Of a stretch of DNA of 64,000 nt, positions 38,392-47,897 are shown piece after piece. The translations under genes were made by a program, and so were the position numbers. Where the stretch lies: the NCBI GenBank assembly GCA_963806645.1, contig CAWDYQ010000001.1, forward strand, positions 67,583 to 131,582, read 5' to 3'. This DNA is from Candidatus Bathyarchaeota archaeon. Lineage in GTDB: Archaea; Thermoproteota; Bathyarchaeia; Bathyarchaeales; Bathyarchaeaceae. How positions within the stretch are numbered: the first letter of the stretch is position 1; the number at the start of each line of letters is the position of its first letter. The notes below the pieces were generated by a model. That model ran no database searches and had not been told where the DNA came from. It saw nothing but the letters and a program-made list of their open reading frames with translations.

Positions 38392-40020
38392 CTAAAAATA
38401 TGTGCAAAGGTATTGATATTCACTGTCTGATATCCATTTGTCATCTCTTAGCTCTGTTAGTCCTTTTTTGACTCTTACTTTCAGTTCGGGGGTTCCTAAG
38501 ATGTTAGCTTTGATTTCCGCTTCTGTAATCTCCTTTTCAAACACAGGATTTTCTTGGGTTAAATCAACTAGTCGATCAAGAAGCGCTTCAATAACTTGTG
38601 AACGAGGTTGAAGAAAGTATTTCATTTTTCCAGCCCCAAAGACTCCCTTCAATTTTGTTTTGATTCCCATACTTCCTACATATGATGGAGGATAAACGAC
38701 GTATCTTTTCCCTGTATCTGTTTCGTAACAAACGAAATAAAAAGAAAGATACGCAAGAGTATTATTTTTTCCTCTATCTTGGGTTCCAATAGAGTCAATT
38801 TCATTTAAGGCTGCCTCTTTTGCTTTGATCATTGTACTAATCTGGTTAATTATTACTGCAGTTTTCTCCTCCAATGACTCCAATTCCTGCTGCTCAAATC
38901 TGCTTCTAGCTTCCTGTTCCGCCTCTATATCACGCAGTATCATCATAGCTTCTTCAACATGATCGTCCGGTTTTAACCTAGCCCTAGCAATTCCAATCTT
39001 TTTCGAACCTGTAACATTCTCTATCTCAGTGTCAATATCTTTGATTTCTTTATTCAAAACTGCAGGTTGCTTCTTAATCTCATCAAGTTTCTTCGTTAGT
39101 TGAAATTCAATTGCTTCGTCTTTATGGTCCCTTGCATTTTTTATGTCTGCTTCAATACGGCTAATTTCACAGGTTAATCGTTCAAGGGTTCTTTCAGTTT
39201 TAATCCTTTTTTGGTGAAGGATACGAAGTTTTTCATCATATTTTTTGGAGATTCTAGTGATTTCTTCATCACGTTTCTCTTGAATCTTTTTTATCTTCGC
39301 CATTACTTTTGGTTTGATCTTCCGTATTTGTCTATCAAACTCTTTCTCACTCTTCTTCATTTGCTCATGAAGTTCTTTCACATGTTCTTTTGTGCTTTCG
39401 CTAAGAAGTTTCATGCTTTGACAAAGATTGTTAATGTCTTGATCTAGAATGTCTCTTATATGCGAAAGTTCATTAATAGAACCTGATACTTCGCAAGTGT
39501 CTAACGTGGGATCCAATATTGTTTTTACTGTTGTGATTTCGGTATCCTCTGACTCTTGGAAATATTCCATTAAATCTTGAATAAATTCTGGGTTTTTAAT
39601 AAGTCCATTTACTGTTTTTTCCTCTTTTCCAGCGAAGTTTTGGAAGTAGTTAGCGTGCTGTGATAGGGCAGCACAGTAGGCTTCTCTTGATTTGGAGCTT
39701 GCTTGAATGTCATTTTCGAAGGCTTTGATATCTGGAAGTGCTTCATAAGATAGTGACTGGTGTGTTAGGTTGAGTCCATCTAAAATGATGGTTCTTTCTG
39801 CACATCGGATCAACCATACTGGATAACAGGTTTCTGCAATGAAAACCAGTTTTTCCCCTTGCTTTTTTAAGACGCGTCCTTCACCCTTCTTTCTGTCTTT
39901 TTCTGCCAAATAGAAGACAGCTGCCATTTCCATGTCTTTTGTAAAAGGTTTAAATCGCTCTTTGGCAGGAACAGCGAAGGGAAGAATAAGTTTTCTGGCG
40001 TTTTTAGACATGTTTTCCAC
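38392..40020 (-). CDS. Hypothetical protein: globular N- and C-terminal domains joined by a ~250-residue coiled coil
   Basis: 542-aa uninterrupted ORF. The centre is a heptad-like Lys/Glu-rich region (KELHEQMKKSEKEFDRQIRKIKPKVMAKIKKIQEKRDEEI...). No family recognised. Confidence 0.6.
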   Translation of the reverse strand: MENMSKNARKLILPFAVPAKERFKPFTKDMEMAAVFYLAEKDRKKGEGRVLKKQGEKLVFIAETCYPVWLIRCAERTIILDGLNLTHQSLSYEALPDIKAFENDIQASSKSREAYCAALSQHANYFQNFAGKEEKTVNGLIKNPEFIQDLMEYFQESEDTEITTVKTILDPTLDTCEVSGSINELSHIRDILDQDINNLCQSMKLLSESTKEHVKELHEQMKKSEKEFDRQIRKIKPKVMAKIKKIQEKRDEEITRISKKYDEKLRILHQKRIKTERTLERLTCEISRIEADIKNARDHKDEAIEFQLTKKLDEIKKQPAVLNKEIKDIDTEIENVTGSKKIGIARARLKPDDHVEEAMMILRDIEAEQEARSRFEQQELESLEEKTAVIINQISTMIKAKEAALNEIDSIGTQDRGKNNTLAYLSFYFVCYETDTGKRYVVYPPSYVGSMGIKTKLKGVFGAGKMKYFLQPRSQVIEALLDRLVDLTQENPVFEKEITEAEIKANILGTPELKVRVKKGLTELRDDKWISDSEYQYLCTYF

Positions 40021-40288
40021 TCATTTCAGTAGAGTTAAATTGATATTTACATAAGTTACAATGAGGCTTATTAGCCATTATTTAAAATCGCATCCTTTAA
40101 AGAGATTAAGTTTAATTCTATTTTATTGGGAAATATTATTTAGGCTTTGTTGCTTACGGGCTTTTCGCTGAAAAATCTATACAATTGAATAGAACACAAG
40201 TCGAATAGAAGTTGACGAACAGAACCAATGTTTGGGTACGGTGACATTTAAATCTGTGTCCAATATTTTCAGTAAACGGTAGATAAGT

Positions 40289-40819
40289 TTGAATTATTGG
40301 AAAGATATTCCATTGGGTGAGAAGCCCCCGAAGCTATTGAATGCTGTTATCGAGGTTGTAAGTGGTTCAAGGGACAAGTACGAGTATAAGTCCGATTGGG
40401 AGGCTTTTGTTTTGGACAGGATGATCCCTTCTTCAGTTGTTTTTCCCATTGAGTATGGTTTTGTTCCTCAAACATGGTATGACGATAATGATCCGCTTGA
40501 CATTATGGTTATGAGCTATGAGCCTCTCGAGGTTGGTTGCATCGTTCGTGTTCATGTTATAGGTGTTTTATTGATTGAGGATGAGAAAGGTTTTGACCCA
40601 AAGATCCTGTCAGTTCTCGTTGATGATGCCAGATTCGAAGGAGTTCACGACATCACGGATATTCACATACATCAGCTTAAAGAAATCCAGGAATTCTTTG
40701 AAACATACAAACGTTTAGAGCCTCACAAATGGATTAAAATATTAGGGTGGGAACCTGCAGCAGCAGCACATGAAATTGTAAAGTACGCAGCAGAAAAGTA
40801 TGATGCCAACAAAGCGTAA
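40289..40819 (+). CDS. ppa: Inorganic pyrophosphatase (family I)
   Basis: 176 aa. Motifs are IEVVSGSRDKYEY, YGFVPQTWYDDNDPLDIMV and DPKIL. TTG start. Confidence 0.9.
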   Translation: MNYWKDIPLGEKPPKLLNAVIEVVSGSRDKYEYKSDWEAFVLDRMIPSSVVFPIEYGFVPQTWYDDNDPLDIMVMSYEPLEVGCIVRVHVIGVLLIEDEKGFDPKILSVLVDDARFEGVHDITDIHIHQLKEIQEFFETYKRLEPHKWIKILGWEPAAAAHEIVKYAAEKYDANKA

Positions 40820-40943
40820 ACAACATCGTGAATATTACCAAACTTATTCTTATGTTGCTATTTGTTAGTACTTGAGCTTCTTTTATTAAATAACCAAAAA
40901 GAATTTGTTGTGTTCTTTAGCATACTACAGTTTGCGAATAAAA

Positions 40944-41615
40944 ATGGTTTTGAAAGCTGTACTCTTTGATCTTGGGTTAACTCTTATTCAAACTGCTTCT
41001 TTTCCAGAAATCTACAGAAGAATCCTTTCACAATTTGGCACTCAAGTTTCGATTGACCATATTCTACAGGCTCAAAACGCAACTGCAAAAGAGTATGATA
41101 TTTCCACGTATGATGAAAGTCGACGAAAAAAGTTTTGGGTAGACTATAATGTTTCGTTGCTCAAAAAATTGAATATTGAAAAGGATATTGTTTTTTTGGC
41201 TACACAGATTGATGAGCTTTGGTGGGCTAATTCTGGTGTACAAGTTTTTCCTGATGTGGAGCCTACGCTTTCGGGATTAATTGCTAAAGGTTTGAAACTT
41301 GGTCTTGTTTCTAATGGTTTCAAACGGGACCTTGATCATGTTTTGGTAGAGTTGAAGCTGGAAAAATGGTTTGATGCTATCGTGTGTATTGACTCCTGCA
41401 ATTGCGCAAAACCCGATAACCGTATCTTTCTTTATGCTCTAGACAAGCTTGAGATAAAACCTAGTGAGGCAATTTTTGTTGGAGATTCTATTCCACAGGA
41501 TTATAATGGTGCACTAAGGGTGGGAATTAAGCCATATCTTTTAGATCGGGAAGGAAAGTTTCCAACTAGTTATGACAAGATTGCGAAATTAACAGAATTG
41601 CTTGATTTTTTTTAA
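40944..41615 (+). CDS. HAD-superfamily hydrolase (subfamily IA)
   Basis: Motif I AVLFDLGLTLI, motif II LVSNG, and motifs III/IV KPDNRIF and VGDSIPQDYNGA. The track ORF starts earlier, at 40905. Confidence 0.8.
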   Translation: MVLKAVLFDLGLTLIQTASFPEIYRRILSQFGTQVSIDHILQAQNATAKEYDISTYDESRRKKFWVDYNVSLLKKLNIEKDIVFLATQIDELWWANSGVQVFPDVEPTLSGLIAKGLKLGLVSNGFKRDLDHVLVELKLEKWFDAIVCIDSCNCAKPDNRIFLYALDKLEIKPSEAIFVGDSIPQDYNGALRVGIKPYLLDREGKFPTSYDKIAKLTELLDFF

Positions 41616-41697
41616 TATTTTTCGGGAATCATTTAGTATAAATAGTGTGATCACGTCAACACGTTAGAAATGACTTGTATTTACAGGTTGATAACAA

Positions 41698-42507
41698 ATG
41701 ACTGAACTGATTGCTGAAGGAGACGACATTTTCCTTTACTTGGACACAAGAAGAACATACCTAGTTAAAGTCGAGGCCGAAAAAAGCTTTCACACTCACA
41801 AAGGCTACATCCAGTTAGGTGAACTGATCGGAAAAGAGTTTGGAACCAGAATTTCCAGCAGCATGGGCATAGACTTTGTTGCTCTTAAACCTAATCTTCG
41901 TGACTATATATTTAAGACAAACAGACGAACCCAGATATCATATCCCAAGGACATCTCTCTGATCATAATGTACAGCGGAATCGGTCCAGGGAGCCGTGTA
42001 GTTGAAGCTGGAACTGGAACAGGTGCACTTACAAGTGCTATAGCACACTACATCAAACCTACTGGAATAGTATATACATACGAAGTTAGGCAAGAGTTTC
42101 AAAAGAATGCTGAAAAAAATTTGGCACGTGCAGGGCTTCTTGAGTATGTGAACCTAAAAGAAGGAGATGTAACCGAGGGTATCGAAGAGAAAGATTTGGA
42201 TGCAATAATATTGGATATGGCAACACCTTGGCTAGTTATACCTCATGCATACTCTGCTCTGAAGGGAAGTGGCGCTCTGGTTTCTTTTAGTCCAACAATC
42301 GATCAAGTTGTGAAGGTTGTTGAAGCCCTAATTGATTATGGATTCGTGGGGATTGAAACCATTGAAACTCTTATACGTTTCATGCAAGTGGAACGGGGAA
42401 AGACGCGTCCTCAAACTGTAATGACTGGGCATACAGGTTATCTCACGTTTGCCCGAAAAGCCATCAAACCACAAAAACAAGAATCTGAACCAGAATTAGA
42501 TGAATGA
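41698..42507 (+). CDS. trmI: tRNA (adenine-N1)-methyltransferase, TrmI/GCD14 family
   Basis: 269 aa. It has the N-terminal beta-domain (GDDIFLYLDTRRTYLVKV), the SAM motif VVEAGTGTGALT and the DMATPW motif. Confidence 0.85.
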   Translation: MTELIAEGDDIFLYLDTRRTYLVKVEAEKSFHTHKGYIQLGELIGKEFGTRISSSMGIDFVALKPNLRDYIFKTNRRTQISYPKDISLIIMYSGIGPGSRVVEAGTGTGALTSAIAHYIKPTGIVYTYEVRQEFQKNAEKNLARAGLLEYVNLKEGDVTEGIEEKDLDAIILDMATPWLVIPHAYSALKGSGALVSFSPTIDQVVKVVEALIDYGFVGIETIETLIRFMQVERGKTRPQTVMTGHTGYLTFARKAIKPQKQESEPELDE

Positions 42508-42600
42508 TTTTAGCAAAGTTTCAGGGTGATTCCTTTTCGTCCAGGTGTGTGCTGTGGAATTTATTATACATTTTTGAATATTGTTTTCAAAAAAGTCTCT

Positions 42601-42933
42601 TTAATACATTCGTTTCCTAATGTAAGCGAAAACTCCTAATGCTAAAAAAAAGCTCGGAATAACCATTAACCCGATTGATGTTAGACCTGAAGCACTATCT
42701 ATTAGAAGGGTTTGATCTGATACTTCAGAACTACTTCCATTATCGTTACTTTCGTTCGGTGGTCCTTGGTTATCAAAAGTTCTATTCTGGGTATCATCTA
42801 CACCATCAGTAGTATTAATTGGATATTGCCCCGTAGGAATCGTGCCATTATTTTTTAGCAACGCTAAAGGAACAACCATCGTGACCATGCCGAACAAAAT
42901 GGCAACCAACATGTAGACTATTAGTCTGTTCAT
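42601..42933 (-). CDS. Small secreted/anchored protein (N-terminal TM, low-complexity N/S/D-rich middle, C-terminal TM)
   Basis: 110 aa. It lies directly downstream of the wHTH-membrane regulator on the same strand. Confidence 0.5.
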   Translation of the reverse strand: MNRLIVYMLVAILFGMVTMVVPLALLKNNGTIPTGQYPINTTDGVDDTQNRTFDNQGPPNESNDNGSSSEVSDQTLLIDSASGLTSIGLMVIPSFFLALGVFAYIRKRMY

Positions 42934-42993
42934 TTTTCTCTTCTATCCTTAACAAAGATTTGGGATGCTTTTAAGTCCACAGTTTAGAACACC

Positions 42994-43482
42994 TCAGAAT
43001 GGCTTTTCTCTCCAAAGCCTCACTGTTTCAATCCATAAAACTATGTTAGCCACAACCCCAAAAAGGATGGCTGCAATATTGTGCACCGAACCTGTGGGTT
43101 GGTATAAAAAACCGTTATAGACTATTAAGTAAATGACGAACATTGTGGAGAGCCAAATAGCATAAAACAGATGCCTTGGAACAAGGAACTTCCCCATTCT
43201 GCTAAAGAACTTTAGGAGGCCAACCTTAACTTCCTGATTTAGCAGATATTCCCCCCTACTGGTTTTCTCAACTAAGCCTAGCGATAAAAGTTTGTCCAAA
43301 TGGTGAGCAGCTACGCTCGGACTAGAAAACCCCAAAGATCGTTGAACCTCACGAACTCCAACACTAGTACTTGGATCTTTTAATAAATACCAGTATATCT
43401 GAAGAGTTTTACCTTTCAGTTGGGATTCAATAACCGCTAAATCAAAGGAAGAAAGGTCTGACATAAAACTCGCCAAAACCAA
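42994..43482 (-). CDS. Winged-HTH (ArsR/MarR-like) domain fused to C-terminal transmembrane helices
   Basis: 162 aa. It has GVREVQRSLGFSSPSVAAHHLDKLLSLGLVEK followed by three hydrophobic helices. It is a paralogue of 47333..47795. Confidence 0.65.
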   Translation of the reverse strand: MVLASFMSDLSSFDLAVIESQLKGKTLQIYWYLLKDPSTSVGVREVQRSLGFSSPSVAAHHLDKLLSLGLVEKTSRGEYLLNQEVKVGLLKFFSRMGKFLVPRHLFYAIWLSTMFVIYLIVYNGFLYQPTGSVHNIAAILFGVVANIVLWIETVRLWREKPF

Positions 43483-43639
43483 ATATCAACATTCTCATAT
43501 AATATGATTCTCCCAAAAAATTATTATGATTTTTGCTAATCTTCAAGTTTCCAACAGCGTCTAAATTGTTGCAAAATGAAAAACAACAATTTCCAGAAAC
43601 CTGGACAAAAAACAATCTGGGATAATCAGAATTTTTATT

Positions 43640-43987
43640 TTAGCATGGTTCGCAGATTGCTTTCTTGTTTACCATCTCTATCAGGTTTACAAGTTTTTCC
43701 TGATCAATATTTTCCAATTTTGGAATTTTTATATGCCTCATTGTTTTACCGGTTCCCTCAAACAAACCCATTTCATCTTTGGTTAGTCCTGTAATTGCAA
43801 AACCGACATGAACACGATTCTTCATTGCTGCGAGATAGAATTTACCTTCTGCAAATGTTATGACTCCCCAACGCATTTTTTCTTCACAATTTGGAAGCGT
43901 TTTTTTGAAGATTTTTCGGACTTTTTGAATTATTTCTTTTTGTGGAGATTTTTGTTTTTCTATATAATCATTAACTTGTTTTTCCAT
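43640..43987 (-). CDS. DUF1801 (YdhG-like) domain protein
   Basis: 115 aa. The pattern YIEKQKSPQKEIIQKVRKIFKKTLPNCEEKMRWGVITF...VGFA is typical of DUF1801. Confidence 0.65.
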   Translation of the reverse strand: MEKQVNDYIEKQKSPQKEIIQKVRKIFKKTLPNCEEKMRWGVITFAEGKFYLAAMKNRVHVGFAITGLTKDEMGLFEGTGKTMRHIKIPKLENIDQEKLVNLIEMVNKKAICEPC

Positions 43988-44075
43988 TCTATTTCACGCT
44001 CCATCGATGAATAATTCTGCAATTTGGTATCGCAAAGACAATACTTATTATGAACGCGCATTGGTTTGGTAATCA

Positions 44076-44643
44076 CTAATTGCGTTTAATGATTAATTTC
44101 ACGGCACCTATCCAAGCAGCTATTACAAGAACCCAAGCAATAGTAGCTACAACTTCATTAATTGTAGCCCAGAAAACATAATAGAACACTGGAAATCCGG
44201 AAACAGCTCCAGCTAAGATTGAAAAATTTCGATCTTGTTCAGTTTATGATAAACATAGAAAGCAAAGAATGCTATTAGTAACGTCCAACTTATGAAAATT
44301 CCATGCATTCCGCTATCAAAGAAGAATTGTGATGCTATTCTGTTTCCCACTGAAATTGCTATAAAGAAAATTGGTCCCATTCTTTTCGTTTTATTATCCA
44401 AAACAATGCCAAAAGGTTAAGTGGAACCATAATGGCTGCGTTTAAAACTGCGATTTCCCAATCCACTACTAGGACACTTCGTTGTGCGGGGCTATTTGTC
44501 CATAGAATTATTGAAAAAGTCTCACCGAGAATAGTTAAAACAATTAGGATGTACAGAATTTTTGCGGTATTTCTTGAATATCTTCTCATATTTAATTGAG
44601 TCATATAAATTGTTTTTGAAAAGCACAACCAGTGCTTTTTCAT
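44076..44643 (-). pseudogene. Polytopic membrane protein split into three frames (two -1 breaks)
   Basis: Three pieces: 44359..44643 (MKKHW...LLALFWIIKRK), 44213..44401 (..MGPIFFIAISVGN...) and an untracked third piece ending at 44076 (LAGAVSGFPVFYYVFWATINEVVATIAWVLVIAAWIGAVKLIIKRN). The junctions coincide with A4 (~44385) and T5/A5 (~44222) runs. Confidence 0.5.
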
Positions 44644-44647
44644 ATAT

Positions 44648-45845
44648 TCAAGGAGTCGAAAACGTTTTTGTGTTGTTCCAGAAGTAAATTTTGGGATACA
44701 TATCATTAACTGGAAATGTTTGGTCGTCATAGACTATATCTAAGGTTAATCCGTATTGATCAATTAGTTTTTGGTTAATATTCCAGATTTGTTCTGATTT
44801 TTCGTCTGGTCCCCACCAACCCCATATTCTATCGTTTGGACGTCGCATTCCCCATCCATAGTTTTTTGGTAAAACCAATGCAGTTTCAGCTTTTATTGAA
44901 CCATGAACCACTTCATTATTATTTACTACGTCGTTCCAGAACTTTTCTAATGCTTCAAAGTGTTCATCTAATAATGTCCCATACTCGTTTCCATCAAAAG
45001 TTGGATAATTGAAGATCATAAAATATTCTGCGCCACAGTCATAGCCTATGCGCATTTGTTCGTAGATGTTTTCTCCGCTATCAAGGTAAGGTGGATGATT
45101 ATATTTCCAGGTTATCATTTCCCCCCAGCTTTTGTTTTGCACTTTTGCTGCACCTCTTAGAAGTGCAATATCTTGAGTTAAACTGTGGTTCCAGCCTACT
45201 TGGGTAAGCACAATATCATATCCGGCTAGGTAATCAAACCAATATAAGGCGTAATCTGAAACAAAGGCATCAACAGAATTTTTTTCTATGGTTTCAAAAC
45301 CGTCGTCTCTTTGAAAACCTCTGATAAATGAATTTGCTACTGAATCATATGTTAAGTCATTAAAAGTAACGTTAGATGGCAACATTGTTTCGTTCCAATT
45401 AAGATCAATATAGATGCCGCCTGGTTCATCATAGTAGTGAACTCCCAAGAATTTGTCACCCCATCTCTGTGATGCCATTTCTATCCAAGATACCCGCCAC
45501 TCTAAATTTTTTGATGGCAAAATTGTTGAATCCAGATCTCCAAAATAAACTGCAAGGCTCAATCCTGCACCAATAGCATATTCACTGATTTCGGTCATAG
45601 CTGTTTCATTATTGCTTACTGGTCCTGAATACAGAACAAACAGATTGGTGTAATCTTTAACTCTGTCTACAAGCAGCTTGGCTTGCATCAGTTGTATTTC
45701 CACAAAAAGTGACGCCAACAAAAATTTCTGGGTTCTCTTTATTTTCAGTTGATGATGAATTTAGAAAAATTGGATGAAAAATGAAAAGTAAGGCACCTAA
45801 TATTATCATAGTAGCAATTATTAAGAAACTGAGTTTTTGATCCAA
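44648..45845 (-). pseudogene. N-terminally anchored extracellular protein of unknown function (possibly glycosidase-like), frame broken near the N-terminus
   Basis: ORF 45657..45845 holds the TM anchor and ends ...FCGNTTD. ORF 44648..45721, in the +1 frame, continues QAKLLVDRVKDYTNLFVLYSG. The junction is at about 45681-45695. Confidence 0.55.
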
Positions 45846-45914
45846 TTTTTTTCCGCCAATTTTTTAGTTATGATCCAGTTGTTGCACGGGTTGTGGAGGC
45901 TTAGCAAGTTGATT

Positions 45915-45948
45915 GGGTTAAATTTTAACTCTTACGCAACCCCAAACG
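45915..45948. repeat. Copy e of the G-run/TTAAA(A/T)TTTAA/C-run palindromic repeat (degenerate)
   Basis: gggttaaattttaac...caaccccaaac lies 70-100 nt upstream of the minus-strand start at 45845. Confidence 0.5.
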
Positions 45949-46075
45949 ACTTTTGCCTTTAAATTTAAAAGTATATCCAGAAAACATTTTATTGATTTAG
46001 AATGACCTCGAATAAACTTTTGGAAGACCTCAATTCTCAGCTTTCTTGTTCTCAGAAACTGCTGGCAGTGTTAAA

Positions 46076-47158
46076 ATGGATGAATACGATGTAACAATAA
46101 TAGGCGCGGGTCCAGCTGGTAGTTCAACCGCTTTTTATGCGGCCAGAACAGGGTTGAGGGTTCTTATTGTAGATCAAAGAAAATCCATTGGTGAGCCTGT
46201 CCAATGTGGTGAATTCATACCCACCACAAAAGAAATGGAAGGTATGTTTCCCCGAGTCAAGAATCAGAGTGAACTATTCAATATCGATGATTCTTTAATA
46301 AAAATGAGAACAAACAAAATCAAATGCATATCGCCAAAAATGAAGGAATATGAAATAGCTTTTGAAGGTTTTACAGTGGACCGTAGGTTCTTTGACAAAT
46401 ATCTGGTCAAGAAAGCTACTGATGCAGGTGCGGAACTAAGGACAAGTACCAAGTTCCTGTCATTGAATTGGAACAGAGTTGAACTTGATAAAGGCGAAAT
46501 AGAAACCAAAGTTATAGTGGGTGCTGATGGCTACGAATCCAATGTTGCCAAAAGCGCTGGGATGAAAGTAGTTGATTTGTTGTGCCCTTGTATATTAGGA
46601 CAGGTCGAGGGAGAGTTTGAACCCATCGTGGAGATGTTCTTTGGTTCAATTGCGCCAGGAGGGTATGCCTGGGTGATTCCCAAAAAGAATAGTGCAAACG
46701 TCGGTTTGGGCATCCAGAAGACGAGCAATATCGCTCTCAGAAACATGTTGAATAAATTCCTTAAGTTGAGGAAACTAAAAGATATACACACACTCAGCAT
46801 GGGTTTTGTCCCTATTTCAGGCCCGATACCCCAGACGGTGAAGAACAATGTCATCATTGTAGGGGATGCTGCTGGTCAGGTCATGGCCACAAATGGTGGT
46901 GGGATACCCATCTCAATGATATGTGGTAGATTGGCTGGAAATGTTATTTCAGAGCATATCAAGAAAAAAGTTCCGTTGGAACAATATGAGAAACAATGGA
47001 GAAACGCTGTTGGTCCAGAGCTGAAGAAATCTCTTGAGATAAAGAAGATGTTTGATAAAGTTTTTAAAAGAAATTTCACTTTGGAGTTTGCAATGAAGAT
47101 AATGGGTTCAAAGAGGATGGAAAGGGCTATTAAATGTAAGTCTATCTTCAAGAAATAG
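46076..47158 (+). CDS. Geranylgeranyl reductase family FAD-dependent oxidoreductase (archaeal lipid saturation)
   Basis: FAD-binding motif YDVTIIGAGPAGSSTA, the CGEFIP motif and IVGDAAGQV. The track ORF starts at 46046. Confidence 0.85.
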   Translation: MDEYDVTIIGAGPAGSSTAFYAARTGLRVLIVDQRKSIGEPVQCGEFIPTTKEMEGMFPRVKNQSELFNIDDSLIKMRTNKIKCISPKMKEYEIAFEGFTVDRRFFDKYLVKKATDAGAELRTSTKFLSLNWNRVELDKGEIETKVIVGADGYESNVAKSAGMKVVDLLCPCILGQVEGEFEPIVEMFFGSIAPGGYAWVIPKKNSANVGLGIQKTSNIALRNMLNKFLKLRKLKDIHTLSMGFVPISGPIPQTVKNNVIIVGDAAGQVMATNGGGIPISMICGRLAGNVISEHIKKKVPLEQYEKQWRNAVGPELKKSLEIKKMFDKVFKRNFTLEFAMKIMGSKRMERAIKCKSIFKK

Positions 47159-47332
47159 TAATTTTAGAAAATATTGTTCAGGTAGAAAAATTCAATCATA
47201 CGAGTACGGCACGTAATTATTGAATTAACATTATTGCAATTATCGGTTTTTTAGTTATTATCCTGTTTCGATTAGGGTTTCCTAAGGAAATCAACAAATA
47301 ATTTTTTGCTCTTTTTTGTTATGCGCGCATAG

Positions 47333-47795
47333 TCATATTGATGGTTTGTTCTTTTTCCATTTTATTCCTTCAGTAAGGAACATTCCGGCAGATATTATTG
47401 TTACAATTGTTAATAGCCAAAATGATCCTTCAACTGAGGTTTCAGCTAAAAGGTGAGGTACTAGAATACCGATTTCGATTATTAATGCAGCTAAAAAGAC
47501 TAGTCCAAATAATAATAAATCGTGGAATAAGGTTTTTTCCTATCCATATGTATCCTTTGATTCCAATTTTTTCTTTAACAATATAGTTGCTGAAATTGTC
47601 TTTTTGTACTAAATTCATGTCTATGAGTTTTTGTAGATTCCTGTAAGCTACGCTTGGACTTGTTAGTTTTGCGCCTCGCATTACTTCTCTGGGACCAACA
47701 GGTTTTCCAGCTTTAATTAAAAAAATGTATGTTCGCATTCCTGTTGCGCTTAAGTCCCTCTTTAGTTTCCATATTCCTGCGACCAGCTTTGTCAA
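47333..47795 (-). pseudogene. wHTH-membrane regulator paralogue, frame broken between the HTH and TM parts
   Basis: The N-terminus (GPREVMRGAKLTSPSVAYRNLQKLIDMNLVQK ... GKNLIPRF) aligns with 42994..43482. The +1 frame continues LLLFGLVFLAALIIEIGILVPHLLAETSVEGSFWLLTIVTIISAGMFLTEGIKWKKNKPSI, with a stop at 47333-47335. The junction lies in the ATT-ATT-ATT tract at about 47505-47525. Confidence 0.6.
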
Positions 47796-47897
47796 AAGAT
47801 ATTCTATTGTATTGTCATCTGTTAAGTAAATATAATAATGCTCATAAAAAATGCTTCAAAACTTATCTCATATTTTTAGATTGTTTCTCAGGTTTAT

